From a virus (taxonomy: Duplodnaviria; Caudoviricetes), in IMG/VR virus record IMGVR_UViG_3300020044_010179, positions 11,747 through 75,746 of that record: DNA of 64,000 nucleotides; one strand, given 5' to 3'. Made by a program: the position numbers and the translations under genes. The first letter of the stretch is position 1. Every line of letters starts with the position of its first letter. Below, piece after piece: positions 56,611-64,000 of the stretch. The notes beneath the pieces are model-generated. The model ran no database searches. It was not told the DNA's origin and saw only the letters and a program-made list of their open reading frames with translations.

Positions 56611-57897
56611 ATGGACAAGAAAATAGTAATAGTAGGAGCAGGTGTAGCAGGTATAAATGCTGCAACAAAATTAGTAGACAACGGATATCCTGGAGAACTT
56701 ATTACCATAATTGATATGGGTAAAGATCCATATAACCGCTTACCTGAAGAGGTAATGACAGGTATGCTAGGAGCTGGAGGATGGAGTGATGGCAAGTTAA
56801 CATACCATACAGCAATTGGTGGTGTATTATCAAAATACACAGGTGAGGAAAAAGCAATGGAATTGATGGATCAAGTAATTACTAATTTCAAACGTTTCCA
56901 CCCTAAACCAGAGGAAGTACAATGTTCAAACCCTGAATCTGAACCTGAATTTATTAAACCATACTTTGGTTTACGTTTGTTTCCTGTATGGCACGTAGGT
57001 ACAGATTATCTATCTGAAATTGCTAAAAATTGGTACGATTATTTAGTTAAAAAAGGTGTTGAATTTATTTGGGAAACTAAAGTAGAAGATATAGATTTTA
57101 AAACCAACTATGTTCTTACTCATAATGCTTATTTACAATATGATGAACTCATATTTGCAGTAGGTAAATCAGGTATTGACTTTGCCCAACAACTAGCAAA
57201 CGAACATGAACTACCAGATGAACCTAAATCAGTGCAAATTGGAGTTCGATTTGAGGCACCACAAGAACACTTTCAAAATCTAATTGATATTTCATATGAC
57301 TTTAAGTTATATAGAAAATTTGACGATAAAGGAGTATCATTACGTTCATTTTGTACAAACAATAATGCAGCATTTGTTGCTGTAGAGGAAACATATGGAG
57401 ATGTAAGTTACAATGGACATGCTAAAAAAGATCCTAAATACTTAAACGGAATGACCAATTTTGGTATCTTAATGGAAATTAAAGGTATTGACAATCCATT
57501 TGAGTGGTGTAGAGAAGCAGTTAAAAAAGTACAAATTGATGGAACTGGAACATACTATAGTCCATCACGTAAACCATCATTAACATCAGAGGGTACAGAT
57601 GTATCCTCGATTCAAGTAGATGATTTAATGTATTTATATGATTCATTAGGTGAATATGCTCAATATATTGTTGATTTTATTGAAGATATGAAAAAAGTAT
57701 TCCCTACACTTAAAGATGATTGGGGAATTTATATGCCGGAAGTTAAATATCTTTCACCTGAACCATTAGTAAATTATGAAGATCTTAGTTTAACAAAGTA
57801 TCCTAACGTACATTTCGTAGGAGATGCTTTATCTGCTCGTGGTATAACAGTTTCGGGAGCGCATGGAGTTTATGTAGCAGAAAGTTTTTTAAAATAA
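56611..57897 (+). CDS. FAD-dependent oxidoreductase (uncharacterised dehydrogenase family)
   Basis: IVIVGAGVAG, GAGGWSDGKL, AVGKSG, IGVRFE, VHFVGDA...RGI. Confidence 0.85.
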   Translation: MDKKIVIVGAGVAGINAATKLVDNGYPGELITIIDMGKDPYNRLPEEVMTGMLGAGGWSDGKLTYHTAIGGVLSKYTGEEKAMELMDQVITNFKRFHPKPEEVQCSNPESEPEFIKPYFGLRLFPVWHVGTDYLSEIAKNWYDYLVKKGVEFIWETKVEDIDFKTNYVLTHNAYLQYDELIFAVGKSGIDFAQQLANEHELPDEPKSVQIGVRFEAPQEHFQNLIDISYDFKLYRKFDDKGVSLRSFCTNNNAAFVAVEETYGDVSYNGHAKKDPKYLNGMTNFGILMEIKGIDNPFEWCREAVKKVQIDGTGTYYSPSRKPSLTSEGTDVSSIQVDDLMYLYDSLGEYAQYIVDFIEDMKKVFPTLKDDWGIYMPEVKYLSPEPLVNYEDLSLTKYPNVHFVGDALSARGITVSGAHGVYVAESFLK

Positions 57898-57915
57898 ATA
57901 TATAAAATAAAAGTT

Positions 57916-58455
57916 ATGAAAATAGGATTTTGCGGCACAATTTCAGTAGGTAAAACTACATTAGTTAATGCTTTAAAAGAATTACCAGAGTTTGCAGATT
58001 ATCATTTTGCAACAGAACGTTCAAAATATTTACGTGATTTAGGTATTCCATTAAACACAGATTCAACATTAAAAGGTCAACTTATATTTTTAGCTGAACG
58101 AGCTAGTGAATTACTTCATAAAAATATGATAACAGATCGTACAGTAATTGATGTTATGGCATTTAGTCATTTATCAACTACTATCCCATTTTTTATATCT
58201 GCTGATTTAAATAAGGCTGTATCTGAATTAATACGAGATTATGATTACATATTTTATGTTTCACCTGAAGGTGTAGAATTAGAAGATAATGGAGTTCGTG
58301 TAGTAGATTCTAAATATAGAATAAAACTTGATAAAACTATTAAAAAATTACTAGAACAACATAAATCTAAACTTAATACTATTAAAGGATATTCTGAACT
58401 ATCAGGCACTACCGAGGAAAGAATACAAAAAATTAAACAAGTAATGTCCCTTTAA
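57916..58455 (+). CDS. NadR-type/AAA_28 P-loop kinase
   Basis: GFCGTISVGKTTL, ITDRTVID, YDYIFYVSP, R motif. Confidence 0.75.
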   Translation: MKIGFCGTISVGKTTLVNALKELPEFADYHFATERSKYLRDLGIPLNTDSTLKGQLIFLAERASELLHKNMITDRTVIDVMAFSHLSTTIPFFISADLNKAVSELIRDYDYIFYVSPEGVELEDNGVRVVDSKYRIKLDKTIKKLLEQHKSKLNTIKGYSELSGTTEERIQKIKQVMSL

Positions 58456-58462
58456 TATTTAT
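58455..58462 (+). promoter_or_regulatory. Late promoter motif ATATTTAT
   Basis: Upstream of ORF 58477. Confidence 0.55.
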
Positions 58463-58476
58463 TAATAAAATACAAT

Positions 58477-59406
58477 ATGAAACAGACTCGATTACTTGAA
58501 ATTATACGTGAAGAAATAGCTGGTGCTTTAAACGAAGCTGGACTTTTTACCTTAAAAGTACCTACAGATTCTAAAAAAGGTCTCCCCCAAACAACCGACC
58601 CTGATGATTCAACAGAAAAATCTCCAGATTTTTTAAAAAAATATAAAAAAGTAACTGAATCCGAAGAACTTGAAGAAGATACTTTAAATGAAGTTCCTGA
58701 TTTTGGAGGTAGATATGATCAACAAGTAGCAGCAAAATATGGTGAAGATCAAACATTAGAAGACGCTACAAAAGATATAACAGATGAAATACTTAAAGAT
58801 ATGGGTGTTTCAAGAGATGACCTTAAAAAAGATGCAGATAAGGCAAAAGACGTACTTAAAGCTATCCGTTCTAAAGTAGTTGGTAAAGCTAGAGACCCAA
58901 GAGTTGCTAAAGCTTTAGAAAAACAAGAAGAATTTGATGATTCAGGTAATGCCCTTCAAGCAAACCAAACAAACAATGCAATTCTAAAAGCACTAGGTTT
59001 AAAAGAACCAGGACAACGTGGTAGAAAAGCAAGTGAAAAATCTGAACCTAAAGAAAAATCTACGAAAACAAAATCTGAACCTAAAGCAAAATCAGAACCT
59101 AAAGCAAAAGAAAGTAAAACAGATGCAGGAACAGATGACGAAGGAAATAAAGTAGAAATAGATACTACTGTTAAAACTCTTACAGGTGATAAAGAAATTG
59201 AAATTAAATTAAAAGATGTTATTTCTAAGAAAAAAGATAAATTAAAAGCAGCTTTAAAATCAAAAGATCAAGAAACATACAATAAAGAAAAAGCAGCTTT
59301 AAAGCAATTTTTAGAAAAAACAGAAATTGCAAAATATATTAAGAAAAAAACAGTTGATAAAGTTAATCCATATACACTCTCTAATATAGAAAATGAGATA
59401 AAATAA
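58477..59406 (+). CDS. K/E-rich candidate internal head protein
   Basis: LLEIIREEIAGALNE; KSEPK repeats. Confidence 0.55.
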   Translation: MKQTRLLEIIREEIAGALNEAGLFTLKVPTDSKKGLPQTTDPDDSTEKSPDFLKKYKKVTESEELEEDTLNEVPDFGGRYDQQVAAKYGEDQTLEDATKDITDEILKDMGVSRDDLKKDADKAKDVLKAIRSKVVGKARDPRVAKALEKQEEFDDSGNALQANQTNNAILKALGLKEPGQRGRKASEKSEPKEKSTKTKSEPKAKSEPKAKESKTDAGTDDEGNKVEIDTTVKTLTGDKEIEIKLKDVISKKKDKLKAALKSKDQETYNKEKAALKQFLEKTEIAKYIKKKTVDKVNPYTLSNIENEIK

Positions 59407-59407
59407 A

Positions 59408-59767
59408 ATGGAGAATAAAATATTTCAAATAAAGTTATCCCATCTTATCATAGGTGGGATACTTTTGTTGTTAACAATATTTTTACTTAAATGTAATGTT
59501 ACTCCAACATTTGTCAACACATATGATAAAGAAAAAAAAGAAATAGACAGTTTACAAGTTGAAATTAGTAAATTAAAACAATCACAACTTAAATTAAATA
59601 AAGATATAGATAAACAAATATTAATCACAGATTCATTAAATAAAGAAATTAAAATTACAGAAAAAGAGCTAACACAAACACGCACATATTATGCTAACAA
59701 AATTAAAAATATTAATAGTTCTTCTCCTTCTGAGCTTAACGAGTTTTTCACAGAAAGATACAAGTAA
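59408..59767 (+). CDS. Membrane-anchored coiled-coil protein (spanin candidate)
   Basis: N-terminal TM ending LLKC, then heptads. Confidence 0.45.
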   Translation: MENKIFQIKLSHLIIGGILLLLTIFLLKCNVTPTFVNTYDKEKKEIDSLQVEISKLKQSQLKLNKDIDKQILITDSLNKEIKITEKELTQTRTYYANKIKNINSSSPSELNEFFTERYK

Positions 59768-60119
59768 AATTTGCTTTCCATATAGTAAAGCAAAACAGAT
59801 AGCAATTGACTTAGTTAGAGGAGATTCAGCTATAGCAGAATTAAAAATCACAAATAAATTAGTTTGGCAATTAAACGAAAAAATTAATACTCAAGATAGT
59901 ACTATTACACTTTACATAGTTAAAGAACAAAATTATATTAGTCAAATAAACAATTACGATAAAATTTCCACTAAAAAAGACGAAATAATAACGGGTCTTG
60001 AAAAAGATGTTACTAAATTAACTAAGAAAAATAATCGTTTAAAATCAGGACTTAAATACCTTGGTGGAGGATTCGTGGCTTCCATACTTACTATTATTAC
60101 CTTGACATTAATTAAGTAA
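59691..60119 (+). CDS. Signal peptide, coiled coil and C-terminal TM (spanin candidate)
   Basis: LLLLSLTSFSQ signal peptide; C-terminal GGGFVASILTIITL; overlaps the upstream gene. Confidence 0.45.
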   Translation: MLTKLKILIVLLLLSLTSFSQKDTSKICFPYSKAKQIAIDLVRGDSAIAELKITNKLVWQLNEKINTQDSTITLYIVKEQNYISQINNYDKISTKKDEIITGLEKDVTKLTKKNNRLKSGLKYLGGGFVASILTIITLTLIK

Positions 60120-61717
60120 TGGCTGAAGATCTAAAAAAAGCGATAAGAGAAGAATATGTGAGATGTGCTACATCTCCGGCATACTTTATGAAAAAGTATT
60201 GCTACATTCAACATCCAAAACGTGGTAGAATTCAATTTAATCTTTACCAATTTCAAGAAAAAGTATTAACTTTATTCCAAGAAAATCCGTACTCAATGGT
60301 TTTGAAATCTAGGCAACTAGGAATTTCAACTTTATGTGCTGGTTATTCTTTATGGATGATTATTTTTCATCAAGATAAAAATATACTTTGTATTGCTACA
60401 AAGCAAGAAACAGCTAAAAACATGGTTACCAAAGTAAGGTTCATGTATGAAAGTTTACCTTCTTGGCTTAAAGAAAAAGATAAACCTACCGAAGACAATA
60501 AATTAACATTACGCTTAAAAAACGGATCTCAAATTAAGGCAACAGCAGCATCAAGTGATGCAGGTCGTTCAGAAGCCGTTTCTTTGCTAATTATAGATGA
60601 GGCCGCATTCATTAACAATATTGGAGAAATATGGGCTTCAGCACAGCAAACATTAGCTACAGGTGGTGGATGTATTGCTTTATCTACTCCTTATGGTACA
60701 GGTAATTGGTTCCACCAAACATGGGTTGCTGCCGAAATGTCAGAAAACAGTTTTTTACCAATTAAATTACCTTGGCAAGTTCACCCTGAACGAGATCAAG
60801 TATGGAGAGATAGACAAGATTCTGACTTAGGAATTAGAATGGCAGCACAAGAATGTGACTGTGACTTTTCTACATCTGGAGATACTGTATTTTATTCTGA
60901 CGATATAACATTTTACGAAAAAACATTTATAAAAGATCCATTAGAAAAACGAGGAGTAGACCAAAATCTATGGATTTGGGAACCTGCAGATTATTCAAAA
61001 AATTATTTAATTGTGGCTGATGTAGCCCGAGGAGATGGAAAAGACTATTCTGCGTTTCACATATTTGATGTAGAAACATTCACTCAAGTAGGAGAATATA
61101 GAGGACAAATTGGTACAAAAGAATATGGTCATATGTTAGTAGGCATGGCCACTGAATATAACAATGCTTTACTTGCAGTAGAAAATTCTAACATAGGATG
61201 GTCTACTATTCAAACTATTTTAGATAGAGGTTACCAAAACTTTTACTATTCACCTAAAGGTGGAAATATGAGTACAGATTCTTATTTTGATCCATATATG
61301 GATACAAGTAGAATGACACCTGGATTCTCTATGACTACAAATACTCGACCTATTGCTATTGGTAAATTTCAAGAAGCAATACAAGATAAAGGAGTTACTT
61401 TTTACTCTAATCGATTACTAGAGGAAATGAAAGTATTTATATGGAGAAATGGTAGAGCAGAAGCCCAATCAGGCTATAATGATGACTTAATGATGGCATT
61501 TGCTATAGGTTGTTATTTACGTGATACCTCATTTAAATTTAGACAGTCAAATATGGATATGACTAGAAGTATGCTTAACGCTATATCAACTAATACCGCT
61601 AAATATTCGGGTGGGTATTCTTCTGGAGCAGCATATGCAGACAAATACAATAACAATCCATTTAACATTGATAACCCTTATTCAAACGAACAAGAAGATA
61701 TTTCTTGGTTACTTTAA
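60119..61717 (+). CDS. terL: Terminase large subunit (T4 gp17-like)
   Basis: FNLYQFQ, KSRQLGIST, LLIIDEAAFI, LSTPYG, ADVARG, AVENSNIG, DDLMMA. Confidence 0.95.
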   Translation: MAEDLKKAIREEYVRCATSPAYFMKKYCYIQHPKRGRIQFNLYQFQEKVLTLFQENPYSMVLKSRQLGISTLCAGYSLWMIIFHQDKNILCIATKQETAKNMVTKVRFMYESLPSWLKEKDKPTEDNKLTLRLKNGSQIKATAASSDAGRSEAVSLLIIDEAAFINNIGEIWASAQQTLATGGGCIALSTPYGTGNWFHQTWVAAEMSENSFLPIKLPWQVHPERDQVWRDRQDSDLGIRMAAQECDCDFSTSGDTVFYSDDITFYEKTFIKDPLEKRGVDQNLWIWEPADYSKNYLIVADVARGDGKDYSAFHIFDVETFTQVGEYRGQIGTKEYGHMLVGMATEYNNALLAVENSNIGWSTIQTILDRGYQNFYYSPKGGNMSTDSYFDPYMDTSRMTPGFSMTTNTRPIAIGKFQEAIQDKGVTFYSNRLLEEMKVFIWRNGRAEAQSGYNDDLMMAFAIGCYLRDTSFKFRQSNMDMTRSMLNAISTNTAKYSGGYSSGAAYADKYNNNPFNIDNPYSNEQEDISWLL

Positions 61718-61726
61718 AAACAAATC

Positions 61727-63625
61727 ATGGCAGACACAGGCTTATTTAAAAGATTACAACGTTTATTTTCAACTGATGTTATTATCCGAAATGAAGGAGA
61801 TAATAAACTAAAAGTATTTGACATCAACAAAATACAAGTTTCAGGAGAATATGAAACAAATTCCCTAGTAGACCGATTTTCTAGAATATTTACAAATTCA
61901 AACACTTCAATTTATGGATACCAAAGTAGTTTCAACTATCAAACAATACGCCCTACGCTTTATTCTGAATATGACTCAATGGATACAGATGCTATTGTCG
62001 CCTCTGCTTTAGATATAATTGCTGATGAAAGTACATTACGTAATGATATGGGAGAAGTACTTCAAATACGTAGCTCCGATGAAGATGTACAAAAAATACT
62101 ATACAATTTATTTTACGATGTATTAAATATAGAATTTAATCTATGGCCATGGGTTAGAAATATGTTGAAATATGGAGATTTCTTTTTAAAATTAGAAATA
62201 GCAGAAAAATTTGGTGTATATAATGTTATCCCATACAATGCATTTCACATTGAAAGACAAGATGGATACGATAGAGAACATCCTGCTTCTATAAGATTTA
62301 AATTTGATCCAGAGGGAATCACAGCTGCCTCAAGTTATGGATTTTACAATGTTCCAAACTCTGCAAACCAAGCGAATGCTATTTATTTTGATAATTATGA
62401 AATGGCTCACTTCCGTTTATTAACGGATACTAACTTTTTACCTTATGGTAGATCTTATTTAGAACCAGGACGTAAACTATTTAAACAATACACTATGATG
62501 GAGGATGCAATGCTAATCCATAGAATTGTTAGAGCGCCAGAAAAACGCATATTTTATATTAATGTAGGAAATATTGCACCTGCTGAAGTAGAAAATTTTA
62601 TGCAGAAAACGATTTCAAAGATGAAACGTACTCCATACATTGATCAAGAAACAGGTGATTACAATTTAAAATACAACATGCAAAACTTGCTTGAAGATTT
62701 TTATATTCCTGTTAGAGGAACAGATCAAGCAACTAAAATAGATAATTTAGGTGGTTTACAATATGATGGAATCCAAGATGTTGAGTATTTAAGAGACAAA
62801 TTATTTGCTGCTTTAAAAGTACCTAAAGCATTTATGGGCTACGAAAAAGATTTAACAGGTAAAGCTACATTAGCGGCTGAAGATATTCGTTTTGCTCGTA
62901 CAGTTGAACGCATACAACGCATTATGGTGTCTGAATTAACTAAAATCGCATTAGTACATTTATACGCGCAGGGATACACAGATGAAAGTTTAACTAATTT
63001 TACTCTTTCATTAACAACTCCTTCAATCATTTACGATCAAGAAAGAGTTGCTTTACTAAAAGAAAAAGTAGATTTAGCTGCTCAAATGATCGAGCAAAAA
63101 ATTATGTCTACAGATTGGATATATGAAAATATATTCCATTTAAGTGAAGACCAATACGATGAAAATAGAGATTTACTTATTCAAGATGCTAAACGTAAGT
63201 TTAGAATAACTCAAATTGAAAACGAAGGTAATGATCCATTAGAAACAGGTAAATCTTATGGAACACCACATGATTTAGCTTCCCTATATGGTAGAAGTAG
63301 ATATGAAGATGGTGAAGTTCCTGTTGGGTATGATGAAAAAGAAACCCTAGGCAGACCAGCAGAAAAAGTAACTGATAGAAATACTCAAGATAATGCTTTT
63401 GGCAAAGATAGAATTGGAGCATCAGGTATGAAAAAAGATAACGATGAATCAGATTCTACTAAACCAAAATATCAAGGTGGGTCTCCATTGGCGCTAGAAA
63501 CTAAAAATACTAGAAATAAAAATTCTAAAATGTTTAATGATATTAAAAATCAAAAGAAACAAATGATTTTTGAAGCTGATATTAAAGGAAATTCATTATT
63601 AGATGAATCACAGATACGAGAGTAA
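61727..63625 (+). CDS. Portal protein (T4 gp20-like)
   Basis: EDAMLIHRIVRAPEKRIFYINVGN, EDFYIPVRG, YLRDKLFAALKVPK, EDIRFAR. Confidence 0.95.
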   Translation: MADTGLFKRLQRLFSTDVIIRNEGDNKLKVFDINKIQVSGEYETNSLVDRFSRIFTNSNTSIYGYQSSFNYQTIRPTLYSEYDSMDTDAIVASALDIIADESTLRNDMGEVLQIRSSDEDVQKILYNLFYDVLNIEFNLWPWVRNMLKYGDFFLKLEIAEKFGVYNVIPYNAFHIERQDGYDREHPASIRFKFDPEGITAASSYGFYNVPNSANQANAIYFDNYEMAHFRLLTDTNFLPYGRSYLEPGRKLFKQYTMMEDAMLIHRIVRAPEKRIFYINVGNIAPAEVENFMQKTISKMKRTPYIDQETGDYNLKYNMQNLLEDFYIPVRGTDQATKIDNLGGLQYDGIQDVEYLRDKLFAALKVPKAFMGYEKDLTGKATLAAEDIRFARTVERIQRIMVSELTKIALVHLYAQGYTDESLTNFTLSLTTPSIIYDQERVALLKEKVDLAAQMIEQKIMSTDWIYENIFHLSEDQYDENRDLLIQDAKRKFRITQIENEGNDPLETGKSYGTPHDLASLYGRSRYEDGEVPVGYDEKETLGRPAEKVTDRNTQDNAFGKDRIGASGMKKDNDESDSTKPKYQGGSPLALETKNTRNKNSKMFNDIKNQKKQMIFEADIKGNSLLDESQIRE

Positions 63626-63636
63626 ATAAGCTCCAT

Positions 63637-63646
63637 ATATTTATAA
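63637..63646 (+). promoter_or_regulatory. Late promoter motif ATATTTATAA
   Basis: Upstream of ORF 63665. Confidence 0.6.
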
Positions 63647-63664
63647 ATAAACAAATATAATAGA

Positions 63665-63900
63665 ATGCAAATTAATCATTCCAAGTATAAAAATACTGGT
63701 ATCCTATTTGAGCTCTTAATTCGCCAAATTACTAATGATACATTAGATAGTAAGGATTCACAGGCAACGAATATACTAAAAAAATATTTCGTTAAAACAG
63801 AATTAGGTCGTGAGTACAAGTTATATGAAACTTTATTAAAAAAAACATCTTTAACTGAAACTAAAGCAAATATTATTACCAATACATTGCTAGATTCATC
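63665..63900 (+). CDS. Head-module hypothetical protein, 3'-truncated by the inverted duplication
   Basis: MQINHSKYKNTGILFELLIRQIT... native sequence ends around 63900; the remainder of the track ORF is inverted portal sequence. Confidence 0.6.
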
Positions 63901-64000
63901 TAATAATGAATTTCCTTTAATATCAGCTTCAAAAATCATTTGTTTCTTTTGATTTTTAATATCATTAAACATTTTAGAATTTTTATTTCTATTATTTTTA
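63893..64000 (-). repeat. 108 bp inverted copy of 63502-63609
   Basis: Reverse complement matches the portal 3' end with one mismatch; junction at GATTCATC/GATGAATC microhomology. Confidence 0.9.

Noticed and set aside
5102-63422. Minus-strand and nested alternate-frame ORFs in the track (e.g. 5102, 5961, 12293, 13631, 31688, 33817, 41518, 54613, 62839)
   Set aside because: They are shadows of + strand genes or RNAs, with no motifs, promoters or leaders
63676-63972. Minus-strand 98 aa ORF resembling the portal C-terminus
   Set aside because: Chimeric product of the inverted duplication at the window end
1-64000. Stop-codon reassignment
   Set aside because: Genes are long and contiguous in the standard code, conserved proteins are not broken by in-frame stops, and there is no suppressor tRNA

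Overview
A 64 kb segment of a large, AT-rich, T4-like tailed phage (contractile baseplate, gp17-like terminase, gp20-like portal, gp55-like sigma). All credible genes are on the + strand. The host is probably a Bacteroidota bacterium: promoters follow the TTG(G)-N19-TAnnTT(T) pattern, and starts have A-rich leaders without Shine-Dalgarno sequences. Layout: (1) 1-3.1 kb glycosyltransferase/methyltransferase cluster; (2) 3.3-10.3 kb small genes, a tRNA/tRNA-like cluster, metallophosphoesterase and thyA; (3) 10.3-24.9 kb array of short genes organised as cassettes behind 29 copies of a fixed-spacing promoter (GGA-N22-CGTATATT-N3/4-TATAA), several with a terminator-like hairpin inside the spacer, plus candidate structured RNAs; (4) ~25.1-25.25 kb GC-rich non-coding repeat/hairpin site with a G-to-C strand switch (candidate genome end, pac site or replication terminus); (5) 25.5-45.2 kb HD protein, late sigma and baseplate module behind ATATTTAT late promoters; (6) 45.2-47.4 kb GIY-YIG protein, primase and exonuclease; (7) 47.4-59.4 kb block of proteins sharing (L/I/V)-x-E motifs, a candidate head-packaged, protease-processed cargo set that includes a multi-enzyme 'polyprotein'; (8) terminase and portal. 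The last 108 bp are an inverted copy of 63502-63609 and are probably an amplification or assembly artefact. All assignments come from motif recognition by eye; no searches or folding programs were run.
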